This document shows positions 47,201 to 60,163 of a stretch of 64,000 bases of DNA, one piece after another. The stretch is from Azolla caroliniana (lineage: Eukaryota > Plantae > Polypodiophyta). A program made the position numbers and the translations under genes. The stretch is from assembly GCA_043228905.1 (NCBI GenBank), contig JBHGNT010000030.1:248001-312000 (forward strand), given 5' to 3'. The notes below the pieces were generated by a model. The model saw only the letters and a program-made list of their open reading frames with translations, was not told the DNA's origin and did no database searches. The stretch's first letter is position 1. The number at the start of each line of letters is the position of its first letter.

Positions 47201-48635
47201 CTTCTTGGGTAGTTTTGCATGCGCCAGCATACTCCGGACCCTCTCCATTATGGTCTGGTTCATCCTCTCGGCCAGCCCGTTTAGTTCTGGCGTCTTCGGC
47301 ACAGTAAATTCGAGCCGGATTCCCTTTGAGCAACAGTACTCCTCGAACTGCCCCCGATATTCACCTCCGTTATCAGCTCAAACCGCCTTCAGCTTCCGGC
47401 CGGTTTCTCTTTCCACTCTCGCGTGGAGCTCTTTGAAGACAGATAACACCTGATCCTTCATCTTCAACAGTGTGGCCCACAGCTTCCGGTTGTGGTCATC
47501 TATGAACGTCACGAAGTACTGCGATCCTGCATGTGACTTCGTGTCCACTTGACACACATCAGTATGCACCAACTCCAGTGGTGCATTACGTCTCATCGGT
47601 GGCCTTGGTCGGAAGGAGGTCCGGTTTTGTTTACCGGCCAGACAGTCAGTACACTTCTCCAAGTGCACGTTCTTCACTGGAATGAGGTTGTCGTCTGCAA
47701 GCCTCTTCATCCCCTTCTCGCTCATGTGACACAGCCTTTTGTGCCACAACTCACCGATAGTGTCAAATGCCACGTTCACTTCCTTCGGACATAACCGGGC
47801 ATTCATCACGTACAACGTGTTTACCTTCCAGGCCAGAGCCACAATCAGGCTCCCTTTGTTGAACTTCATAACACCGTTCCGGATGCTACCCGTGTAGCCT
47901 TCATCATCTAGCCGACCGGTTGATATCAGGTTCAGACGAACCTCTGGAACGTGTCGAACATCCTTCATCAGCATCTTGCATCCAGTTGGTGTTGACAGCC
48001 ATACTTCTCCTATGCCGACAATTCGGCATGTACCTTCATTCCCCATCCGGACACAGCCGTGATCAACGACTGAGTAGGATGAGAAGCATTTCTGGTCCGG
48101 GGTAAGGTGGAACGACGCTCCGGAGTCGACCACCCAGGTCATCTCGTCGCCGGCAAGGTTTATCTCACTCTCCTCGGTGATGAGCATCAACTCTTCTTCA
48201 CTTGCCGCGATTGTCGTCGTCCCCTTCCGGTCCGTTCCCCTCCGGTCTTTACCGTTCCGGTCCGGTATCCGCTTCGAATCGGTACCGTCGGTTTCCTTGT
48301 CCTTTCGGAAATGCCGACAGTTCTTCTGGAAGTGTCCTAGCTTGCCACAATAGAAGCAAGTAGGTCTCCCCCTTGACTTTGACCGTGTCCCCGACTTTTC
48401 CTGGTTCTGGGGACTACGGTTTCTTTGTCTTCCGCATTCCAATTCGGTAAGTAGCGCTTTGGAGTCGGAGCTCGTATCTTTATCTTTCCGACGCGCCTCC
48501 TCGTCTAGCAAGCTCGACTTTCCTCTTGCTAGGGATAATCGTTTCCCTTCCGGCCCGGCGTTGCCCAAGGTGACAACCAACGTCTCCCAGCTATCTGGGA
48601 GGGAAGGGTTTAGGGTTTAGGGTTTAGAGGAGTAG
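44234..48635 (-). mobile_element. Ty1/copia C4 (3' LTR 44234-44994 plus degenerate pol; 5' part displaced beyond the window)
   Basis: PPT at 44995-45005, ORF fragments with DSGAS, DDE, RT and RNase H; same family as C5. Confidence 0.92.
48606..48627 (+). repeat. Interstitial telomeric repeat (TTTAGGG) x3
   Basis: GGGTTTAGGGTTTAGGGTTTAG inside C4 gag. Confidence 0.92.
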
Positions 48636-51600
48636 TGTTGGGAGACAGGTCCCTCCGGATGGGAAGGGAGAAGAACAGTGCCGATGAACAAACTCGGCCG
48701 AGGCCGATAGGCCGAGGTGAAGACCGGATAAGAAGTACCCGCCTACGGAGAGCCGGATGATACAGACCCGGTGAAGACCGGATGAGGAGTACCCGGCTAC
48801 GGAGAGCCGGATGATACAGACCCGGTGAAGACCGGATGAGGAGTATCGGCTACGGAGAGCCGGATGATACAGACCCAGTGAAGACCGGATGAGGAGTACC
48901 CGACTACGGAGAGCCAGATGATACAGACCCGGTGAAGACCGGATGAGGAGTACCCGGCTACGGAGAGCCGGATGGTGCAGACCTAGTATGAACCGGATCA
49001 AGAGACATATTCGTAAATATGTTTTCTGAGAGTTCATCGAGGCTATATTTGTAAATAGCCGAAAAGTCCTCTTAGTATAAATATGACTTAGGGCAAACTT
49101 TTAGTGGTGGTTGTCATTTTTTGTTTTGCACGAGATTAGTGTGTGTAACTATACAGAGAGAGAGAGAGAGAGAGAAAGAGGTCGTTGCCTCTGTTGTAAC
49201 CGCCGCCTATGGCAAAGATCTGTGAGCACGAGGTCGTTGCCTCAGTGAACTCACTGTTGTACATTCTAACATAGTGACAGTTTGCAGCCTGTGGGCTGCC
49301 GTGGTTTTTCCCCTAGTTTGGGGTTTTCCACGTAAACCTCCTGTGTATCTTCCTCCTCTTTGTGTCGTGTTTTATTTCCCATTTTTCTGTGTATCATTCT
49401 AAGCTCGGTTGTGGCTGAGCGTTGTGCATAAGGAACATTGGGTTCCCGTCAAGTGGTATCAGAGCAAAACGACACAGAAAATGGACAAATCGTTTGGCGG
49501 CATGTTCAAGCTCACCGGCTCCAACTATTCAATGTGGAAGTCGAAGATGAGAGACATGCTCATGGTTAAAGATCTTTGGCTACCGGTTCAGTTCAGGGAC
49601 AAGAGACCGGACAAGATCGACGCCACAATATGGGAGGTGATGCACATGAAGACAACGGCGTACATACGGTGCTTCATCGACATGAGCCTATACAACAACT
49701 TCAATGAAGAGAGCAAGGCTCATGAGCTCTGAGAGAAGATCGGCATAATGTTTCAAAACAAAAATGTTGTCAATCAGGTGTCGGTATTCCGGAAGCTAGT
49801 AAGACTCCGGTACCAAGATGGCTCCAGCATGGTGGAGCACATGAATGCCTTCCAGGGGCTGATCCACCAGGCAACTTCATTGGAAGTACCTCTCGCCGAT
49901 GAGGTACTAGCGCTACTCCTGCTCGGTTCCCTCCCGGATAGCTGGGAGACGTTGGTTGTCACTTTGGGCAACGCCGGGCCGGAAGGAAAGCGGTTATCCC
50001 TAGCAAGAGTAAAGTCGAGCTTGTTAGATGAGGAGGCGCGTCAGAAAGATAAGGATACGAGCTCCGACTCCAAAGCGCTCATTACCGAATCGGAACGTGG
50101 AAGACATAGAAACCGTAGTCCCCAGAACCGGGAGAAGTCGGGGACACGGTCAAAGTCAAAGGGGAGGCCTACTTGCTTCTATTGCGGCAAGTCGGGACAC
50201 TTCCAGAAGAATTGTCGGCACTTCCGTAAAGACAAGGAAACCGACGGTGCCGATTCGAAGCGGACCCCGGACCGGAACGGAAAAGACCAGAGGGGGCCGG
50301 ACCGGAAGGGAACGACGGCAATCGCGGCAAGTGAAGAAGAGTTGATGCTCATCACCGAGGAGAGTGAGATAAACCTTGCCAGCGACGAGATGACCTAGGT
50401 GGTAGACTCCGGAGCGTCGTTCCACCTTACCCCGGACCGGAAATGCTTCCCATCCTACTCAGCCGGTGACCACGGCTGTGTCCGGATGGGGAATGAAGGT
50501 ACGTGCCAAATTGTCGGCATAGGAGACGTGTGGCTGTCAACACCAACCAAATGCAAGTTGCTGTTGAAGGATGTCTGACACGTTCCAGAGGTTCGTCTGA
50601 ACCTGATAACAGCCGGTCGGCTAGATGATGAAGGCTACACGAGTAGCATTCAAAACGGGGTCATGAAGTTCAGCAAAGGGAGCCTGATTGTGGCTCGGGC
50701 CTGGAATGTCAACACGTTGTACCTGATGAATGCCCGGTTATGTCCGGAAGAAGTGAACGTGGCATCCGACACTGCCGGTGAGCTGTGGCACAAGAGGTTG
50801 TGTCATATGAGCGAGAAGGGGATGAAGAGGCTTGTAGACGACAACCTCATTCCAGTGAAGAACGTGCACTTACAGAAGTGCACTGATTGTCTGGCCGGTA
50901 AGCAGAACCGGACCTCCTTCCGACCAAGGCCACCGATGAGACGTAATGCACCACTGGAGTTGGTGCATACGGATGTGTGTCAAGTAGACACGAAGTCACA
51001 TGCCGAAGCGCAGTACTTCGTGACATTCATAGATGACCACAGCCGGAAGTTGTGGGCCACACCGTTGATGTCGAAGGATCATGTGTTATCCATCTTCAAA
51101 GAGCTCCACGCGAGAGTGGAAAGAGAAACCGGCCGGAAGCTGAAGGCGGTTCAAGCAGATAACGGAGGAGAGTACCGGGGGCAGTTCGAGGAGTACTGCT
51201 GCTCGAAGGGAATCCGGCTCGAATTTACCATGCCGAAGACGCCGAAACTAAACGGACTGGCCGAGAGGATGAACCGGACCATAATGGAGAGGGTCCGGAG
51301 TATGCTAGCGCATGCAAAACTACCCAAGAAGTTTTGGGTTGAGGCATTGTCGACAGCGACATACGTGATAAACAGATCACCCTCAATACCCTTGGACGGA
51401 GACACGCCACAGAGAGTGTGGACCGGTAAGGAAGTGTCCTACGAGCATTTGAAGGTGTTCAGGTGTCTCGCGTACATGCATGTAGCAAAGGACCGGAGAG
51501 GAAAGTTAGATCCAAAGACCCGGCCATGCATATTCCTTGGTTACGGTGACGATGAGTTCGGCTACCGAGTGTGGGACCCGGTCGACAAGAAGGTACTCCG

Positions 51601-52430
51601 GAGTCGAGATATTATCTTCATGGAGAACAAGACGCTCGCCGACTGGGAGTCGAAGAAGAAGATAATGAACTCCGAGTCGACCGGTAAGGATTAGCAGACC
51701 CAACTGGCGAGAGACCGGTTAGCACTCGAAGAACCAGCCGGATACGATGAGGATACCGAACCGGCAGAAGAAGAAGTAGAGGAAGCTGAGACCGGAACCG
51801 GCCTAGACCCCGAATCGGATTCGGATGAAGAGCAAATGGAGGAGCCGGCTACCGAAGCCCAAAGACGGAGATATCCTCTCAGAGAGAGAAGGGCCCCCCG
51901 GAGATTTCTGGATGTAGAGCATGTTCTGCTGACCGATGAGGGGGAGCCGGAAAGCTTCGAAGAAGCGAAGGATAACACCCACAGCCGAAAATGGTTAAGT
52001 GCCATGCAGGACGAGATGGATTCCCTGCATGAGAACCATACGTACGAATTGGTGGAGTTGCCGAAAGGAAAGCGGGCACTCCGAAACAAGTGGGTGTACA
52101 AGTTGAAACCGGGAGATGCCGGCAAAACCCCGAGATACAAAGCCAGGATCGTGGTGAAGGGGTTCCAGCAGAAGAAGGGCGTGGACTTCGACGAGATATT
52201 TGCCGCGGTAGTAAAGATGACCTCCATCCGGACGGTGCTGAGTATAGCAGCAAGCATGGACCTCGAGGTAGAGCAGCTAGACGTGAAGACGACATTCCTT
52301 CACGGTGACCTCGAAGAAGAGATATACATGCAGCAACCGGAAGGTTTCGTGGAGAAAGGGAAGGAGCACCTGGTATGCCGGTTGAAGAAGAGCTTGTACG
52401 GACTGAAGTAGGCTCCCCGACAATGGTACC
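48636..52430 (+). mobile_element. Ty1/copia C5 (5' LTR 48636-49451, degenerate gag-pol cut in RT by CH2)
   Basis: Met PBS at 49454-49465, gag ATG at 49480, about five 54-bp tandem units in U3. Confidence 0.93.
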
Positions 52431-53134
52431 TATTACGGGCATGACCATATAATATCCCGTGGTAAGAATTTACCGTAGTATTCTATACACGTGGATAAGT
52501 GTGAGGGTTAAATGAGAGTGTAAAGAAGGGGAGGATTACTTTTAATCCTCGGGATTGAGACAACCCATTAGGTCAAGTGTGAACTTGCCTGGGGGCCTTG
52601 GGTATCGCTATAAATAAGAGGCCTAGCTACCCTCATTTGAGCATCTTTTGACTACATCGAGACTCTGCTCGTGTGGTGGGTCAACTCTCGTAGCGAGCGC
52701 GCCAGCACCAGGTACGACTCGACGCCACGGCGGTGGTATGGGACGCCGATCGAGGCTCGAGTCCGTCTCGATCCCTTCGCTCGGGGGTGGTCGGGTGGAT
52801 CGGCACCCTTCTTTCTCTTTCTCCTTTCTATCTTTCATTCTTTATCCTTATCTTATGCTTACTTTAGTACCTAGATCTATAATATTTGGTATCAGATTTT
52901 TGTACTAATGTTTCTTTGTTTTTCATTTGTCTTTTGATTGATGATGATCGATCGTTGTGCGGTTGGCCTTTATCCAGACAACGATCAACAAAGAACTTCG
53001 GTAACTCTTTCCATAATTTTTCTTTCTATTCTCTCTTCTCCCATCTAATCATGTGTTTAGTTTATATGTAATTTTTTTCATTAAGTCAAGGATGTTGTAG
53101 TGGTCTTTAATTGATTATCTAAAACGTTTACATA

Positions 53135-53400
53135 TGTGCACGAGGTCAATACCTCGTTTGACATATTAATAATATGTGATGAGTGTCGTATGCGTACGAG
53201 GTTAATACCTCAATTACGTATTACGATCACAAACATATGTTACGTTTGCGTATGAGTTTAATACCTTGATTTGTTGTAAACGATATGCGTTTGGTCTCGT
53301 ATGCGTAAGAGGTCAATACCTCCATTGCGTATTACGATGATCTCTTATTTGTGGATGTTCCGTGTGCGTAGAGGTATATACCTCGATTACGTATCTCGAT
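53135..53400 (+). repeat. Five-unit palindromic hairpin array in the CH2 leader
   Basis: GAGGT-N4-ACCTC cores at 53142, 53198, 53254 (degenerate), 53309 and 53371. Confidence 0.8.
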
Positions 53401-54780
53401 CACATCATTTGTGGCTATTTAATATAACGATATGTTTAATATAGGCATATGTGGTCACATATATACGTATTTGATCATATATATGTGATAAGTAAACATA
53501 TGTGTATATTCGTTATTACGTGATTATATCGAAAGTTGTCCTTGTCGGGAAAAGGATGTTGGTGGCCGTCCTCACATTTTTGTGAGAATGGCGTTGTCAC
53601 CATCCCTTTTTCAACATTTTTTTATTGTTGATAACCCCGTTGACGACCTCGATTTCGTTACGTAAAGAAACGCGAATAGCCAAAATGATGTTGAGTACGT
53701 AGGGCTTGACCCACTTCAAGTGAGGTCGCTCCAATGACGCACGTATCCAACATCCCTCCCTCGTTACATGGATACGATGCCACCATGAGCTCGTTCTTAC
53801 GAGAGGCATTCGTAATGACGTGACCATGTGATGGCCCACGTGAGCCTACTACGAAACGAGGGCTCATTTGGCTTGACCATTAGGTTGCCCTTTGGCATAT
53901 GCCATCGTAATTACGAGACTTGAGGTTAGGTAACGTACCAACATAGTTTTGGTAAATGAGGGCGAAATAAGGACCTTGACATATATGTTCTTTTAAAAAA
54001 ACATATATGATCAATTGCCTCGCATATCTCTTATAGGCATCAAACATTAAGCTTACTTGGTTGGCTCAAGTGTTTAATGTATTTGTTCTCGAGGTCTCGA
54101 GTTCAAATATGACCAAGACCATACAACATCCTTGATACATATGACTATAACACATGTTTAGACTTAAGGTCTAAGTGCACCTCGGGGTCCTCGTAATAGG
54201 ACTTAAAGAGCCGAAACCACTTATGTGGGCACCGAAACATAGTTTATTGTTAACATTTTTTTTCGTGTATAAACTATTCATGACGCGAACATACATGGTT
54301 GAGCCTCGGGGAGCCACCATGAAAAAATTGATATAGAGATCAGGGAAAGACATTTATTTGTCACCCCCATGGTTTTTAAAACACCTTTGTGTTACCATAG
54401 TAACCTGATCTTGAACCTCATCTCATACGTCTAGAGGGGTATTGACGTGAGATAATGATATCAATTAATGCTCGCCCATGATATGTTTACATCACGACAT
54501 GATGTTATGACTATATCTCTGACCTTATCCTATTTCTTTTCCAGAAATAATCTTTAATGGCTCAAATTAACGACCCGATGTCATCCGCTCAAGCGGAAGG
54601 AACTCAAGGGAATCCTCCTTGACAAATGTCCACTGAGATGTATTTGGCACAAATAACCCAATACCTTAGTTTCACCGCTCAACAGATGACCGAACTTCGG
54701 CAATCTCAGAGTGCTCTTGAGGCACGTGTCATTAGTCTACAACGTGAGACTAATAGACCTGATGAGCGACAAGGTGAACC

Positions 54781-57700
54781 TGTTGGGATTACGGTCCCTC
54801 CGGATGGGATGGTCGGATGTCCGGAGCCGGATGATGAAGACCCCGGCTACGGAGCCGAATGACGAAGACCCCGGCTACGGAGCCGGATGATGAAGGTACC
54901 CGGAGAGAGATCCGGATGCGGGGACATATTTGTGAATATGTTTGCCAAGGGCCCTTGAGGCTATATTTGTGAATAGCCCGAAAGTCATATGTGTATAAAT
55001 ATGACTTAGGGCAAACTGTTTAGGGTTGTTGGCTGTATGTTGTTGCCTATGGTGTATTGCCACTCATATATGTGTGCAAGAGTGAAGAGAGCAGCCGAGA
55101 GAGAGAGAGAGAGAGAGAGAGAGTGAGAGAGTGACGAAGAGGTCGTTGCCTCTGTGTATTACCGCCGCCTGTGGCGAAGACAGTGAGCTCAAGGTTGTTG
55201 CCTTGTAGCTTCACTACTGTACATCTCTGTTTATAGTGATAGTTGGAGTTTGAGGACTCCCGTGGTTTTTTCCCATTTAGGGTTTTCCACGTAAAACATC
55301 CTGTGTACTCTCCTCTCTATTGTCTTCGTGCATTTTGTATTTCCTGTTTTCGGAAGAGTTGATCCTATTCCTTGGTTGTGGCTGAGCACTGTTTTTTAAC
55401 AAACTGGTATCAGAGCGAGGTTAACACAGAAAATGGAAGGCGGCGGTAGTGGGCCTCCGGGCATGATGGTGTTGAACTCACAGAACTACGCCGACTGGAA
55501 GATAAAGATGGAAGACCTTCTCATCGTCCGAGACCTGTACGAACCGATCGACAATGCCGAGATACCCAAGGGGGTAATAGAGTCGGAGTGGAAGCTCCTG
55601 AACCGGAAAGCCGTAGCGACGATCCGGCAATATGTCGATGTAAGTGTTCTGCAACATGTGGCGAACGATACGAACGCCTATGAGATGTGGCAGAAGCTGT
55701 CCGGACTGTATGAGAGGAAGAATGCTCTGACCCGGACCTCCCTGATGAGGAAGATAGTGAATCTTAAGTACCGGGACGGCGAGAGCATGGTCGAACACGT
55801 CAGCACGTTCATGGGATTCGTGAACCAGCTTGCGGCGATCAAGTTCCCGTTGGATGACGCAATGCAAGCCATCATGCTGATGTGTACCCTTCCGGAGAGC
55901 TGGGAGAACTTGGTAGTTACTCTCAGCACCTCCTGTAAGGAAGAGAACTTGTCTTTGCTAACGGTAAAGACAAGTATTCTAAATGAAGAAGCGCGTCGGA
56001 GAGATAAAGAACCGGCCTCCGACTCGAAGGCGCTGCTTACCGAATCGGAACGGGGAAGACAACGGAACCGGAGTCCGCAAAGACGGGAGAAGTCGGGGAC
56101 ACGGTCGCAGTCGAGGGGAAGACCTACATGCTTCTACTGTGGGAAGCCGGGGCACTTCCAGAAGAACTGTCGGCATTTCCGGAAAGACAACGGAACCGAC
56201 GGTACCGATTCGAAGAAGTCACCGGAGCGAAACGGTGCATACCGGGGAGCCACGGACCGGAGAGGTCCGGATCGGCGAGGGCAGGACCGGAAAGGAACGA
56301 CGGCACTCGCGGCAAGTGAAGAAGAGATAATGCTCATTACTGAAGAGAGGGAGCTGAACCTTGCCGGTGAAGAGATGACCTGGGTGGTCGATTCCGGAGC
56401 GTCGTTCCACCTGACCCCGGAAAGAAGATACTTCTCATCCTACACAGCCGGTGAGCATGGTTGTGTTCGGATGGGAAATGAAGGTACGTGCCGGATTGCC
56501 GGCATAGGAGACGTGTGGTTGACAACCTCGACCGGATGCAAAATGTTGCTGAAGGATGTCCGACACGTTCCGGAGGTTCGATTGAACCTGATTTCGGCCG
56601 GGAGGCTAGACGATGAAGGCTACACAGGTAGCATCCGGAACGGCGTAATGAAGTTCAGCAAGGGGAGCCTGATAGTGGCTCGGGCCCGGAAAGTCAACAC
56701 ATTGTACCTTATGAATGCCTGGTTGTGTCCGGAAGAGTTGAACGTGGCAGCCGACACTGCCGGTGAGCTGTGGCACAAGAGACTGTGCCACATGAGTGAG
56801 AAGGGGATGAAGAGGCTTGCAGAAGACAACCTTATTCCAGTGAAGCATGTGCACCTGGAGAAGTGCACCGATTGCCTGGCCGGTAAGCAGAACCGAACCT
56901 CCTTCCACTCAAGGCCACCGACGAGACGTAGCGCACCATTGGAGTTGGTGCACACTGACATGTGTCAAGTAGAAACGAAGTCCCATGGCGGAGCCCAGTA
57001 CTTCGTGACATTCATTGATGACCACAGCCGGAAGCTGTGGACGGCACCGTTGAAGACAAAGGACCAAGTGTTGTGCGTCTTCAAAGAACTCCACGCGAGA
57101 GTGGAAAGGGAATCCGGCAAGAAGCTGAAAGCACTACGAGCGGATAACGGAGGAGAATACCGAGGGCAATTTGAGGAGTATTGCCGTTCGATGGGAATCC
57201 GGCTCGAGTTTACTGTGCCGAAGACGCCGGAACTGAACGGGCTGGCCGAGAGGATGAACCGGACCATAATGGAGAGGGTCCGGAGTATGCTAGCACATGC
57301 GAAATTACCCAAGGGATTTTGGGCTGAGCCAATGTCGACGGCGACATATGTGATAAATAGATCACCCTCAGTACCCCTGGATGGAGACACGCCACAGAGA
57401 GTGTGGACCGGTAAGGAAGTGTCCTACCGGCATTTGAAGGTGTTCGGGTGTCTCGCATACGTGCATGTGGCAAAGGACCGGAGAGGAAAGTTAGATCCAA
57501 AGACCCGGCCATGCATATTCCTCGATTACGGCGACGACGAGTTCGGCTACCGAGTATGGGACCCGGTCGACAAGAAGATATTCAGGAGTCGTGATATCAT
57601 CTTCATGGAGGACAAGACACTCGCCGACTGGGAGTCGGAGAAGAAGATGAAGAGCTCCAAGCCGACCGGTGAGGATCAAATCTACGAGGAGCAGTCCCGA

Positions 57701-60163
57701 CCGGCAAGGGACCGGTTAGCACTCGAGGATCCGGCCGAAGACGGTGAAGAAACAGAACCGGCCGAGGAAGATGAAACTGATACCGGAACCGGCCCCGATC
57801 CCGAAATGGACTCGGATGAAGAGGAAACAGAGGAGCCGGTTACCAAAGCTCCGGAACGGAGATATCCTCTAAGAGAGAGAAGGCCCCCCCGGAGATTTCC
57901 GAAACCAGAGCACGTGTTGCTAACCGACGAGGGGGAGCCGGAGAGTTTTGAAGAAGCAAAGCTCGACACCCATAGCCGCAGGTGGTTAAGTGCCATGCAG
58001 GAGGAGATGGATTCCCTGCATGAGAACCACACATATGAACTTGTGGAGTTGCCGAAAGGAAAGCGGGCACTTCGAAACAAGTGGGTGTTCAAGCTGAAAC
58101 CGGGAGATGCCGGAAACCCCCCGAGATACAAAGCCAGGATCGTGGTGAAGGGGTTCCAGCAGAAGAAGGTCGTCGACTTCGATGAGATATTTGCCCCGGT
58201 AGTGAAGATGACCTCCATCCGGACGGTGCTGAGCATAGCGGCAAGCATGGACCTCGAGGTAGAACAGATGGACGTGAAGACGGCATTCCTTCACGGTGAC
58301 CTCGAAGAAGAGATCTACATGCAGCAACCGGAAGGATTCGAGAAGAAAGGGAAGGAGCACCTGGTATGCCGGTTGAAGAAGAGCCTTTACGGACTGAAGC
58401 AGGCTCCCCGGTAATGGTACCGGAAGTTCGACTCTTTCATGACCGACGAAGGGTACCACAAAACGCAGTCCGACCACTGCATGTTTGTGAAGAAGTTCGA
58501 AGGAGGAGACTTCCTAATACTCCTCCTGTACGTGGACGACATGTTGATCGTCTGACGGGACCAGGTCAAGATACGGATGCTGAAGAAAGCGCTTCACCGA
58601 ACCTTCTCAATGAAGGACCTGGGTCCGGCGAGGCAAATACTAGGGATGCACATCATCCGGGACCGGAGGAAGAAGCAGTTGTGGCTGTCACAGGAGAAGT
58701 ACGTGACAAAGGTGCTTCAACGGTTCAACATGTTGGACGCAAGACCGGTCGGGTCAACCCTCCCGGCAAACTGCAAGTTGTCCAGCAAGCAAAGCCCCAA
58801 GACAAAGGCTGAGAAGGAGGACATGATGAAAGTACCATATGCCTCTGCCGTCGGAAGCTTGATGTACGCAATGGTGTGTACAAGACCGGACATAGGATAT
58901 GCAGTCGGAGTGGTGAGCCGGTACATGAGCAATCCCGGCAAAGAGCACTGGAACGCGGTCAAGTGGATACTCCGATACGTGAAGGGCACGGCAAACGTGT
59001 GCCTCCGATTCGGCTCCGGTAAGCCCGAACTCGACGGCTTTACTGATTCGGATATGTCGGCTGATGCAGATACCAGCCGGTCCACATCAGGGTATGTGAT
59101 CACGTATGCAGGGGGAGCCGTGTCGTGGCAGTCGAGGCTGCAGAAGACGGTTGCGTTGTCAACCACGGAGGCGGAGTACATGGCGGCTGTTGAAGCCGGC
59201 AAGGAAATGATATGGATGAAGGACTTCATTAGAGAGCTCGGTATCCGGCAGGAGGAGTACCGACTCTACTGCGACAGTCAGAGTGCCATCCACCTTGCGA
59301 AGAACGCGGCCTATCACTCCCGGACGAAGCACATCCAGCGAAGATATCACTGGATCCGGGAAAGGATAGAAGACCAGGAGTTCGTGCTGACGAAGATCCA
59401 CACGGACGAGAACGGGTCAGATATGCTGACCAAAGTGCTCACACCCGACAAGCTTGAAGCGTGCCGGAAGAGGATCGGATTGGAGAGACATCCCATGCCG
59501 AAGTGAAGGGGGAGTTTGTTGGGATTACGGTCCCTCCAGATGGGATGGTCGGATGTCCGGAGCCGGATGATGAAGACCCCGGCTACGGAGCCGGATGACG
59601 AAGACCCCGGCTACGGAGCCGAATGACGAAGACCCCGGCTACGGAGCCGGATGATGAAGGTACCCGGAGAGAGATCCGGATGCGGGGACATATTTGTGAA
59701 TATGTTTGCCAAGGGCCCTTGAGGCTATATTTGTGAATAGCCCGAAAGTCATATGTGTATAAATATGACTTAGGGCAAACTGTTTAGGGTTGTTGGCTGT
59801 ATGTTGTTGCCTATGGTGTATTGCCACTCATATATGTGTGCAAGAGTGAAGAGAGCAGCCGAGAGAGAGAGAGAGAGAGAGAGAGTGAGAGAGTGACGAA
59901 GAGGTCGTTGCCTCTGTGTATTACCGCCGCCTGTGGCGAAGACAGTGAGCTCAAGGTTGTTGCCTTGTAGCTTCACTACTGTACATCTCTGTTTATAGTG
60001 ATAGTTGGAGTTTGAGGACTCCCGTGGTTTTTTCCCATTTAGGGTTTTCCACGTAAAACATCCTGTGTACTCTCCTCTCTATTGTCTTCGTGCATTTTGT
60101 ATTTCCTGTTTTCGGAAGAGTTGATCCTATTCCTTGGTTGTGGCTGAGCACTGTTTTTTAACA
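54781..60163 (+). mobile_element. Ty1/copia C6, full-length, young
   Basis: LTRs 54781-55401 and 59517-60163, differing mainly by one 26-bp repeat unit. TSD GAACC, Met PBS 55405-55416, PPT before 59517. Confidence 0.97.
55433..59506 (+). pseudogene. pol: C6 gag-pol, single frame with two premature stops (58412, ~58553)
   Basis: 993-aa and 309-aa ORFs in the same frame; all copia domains present. Confidence 0.92.

Noticed and set aside
49299-49333. CGTGG-TTTTT-CCC...GGG-TTTT-CCACG hairpin as a novelty
   Set aside because: It recurs in the related copia LTRs here and is a familiar plant copia LTR motif.
53135-53400. CRISPR array
   Set aside because: Repeats are degenerate, linkers are related to each other, there are no cas genes, and the context is a eukaryotic retrotransposon leader.
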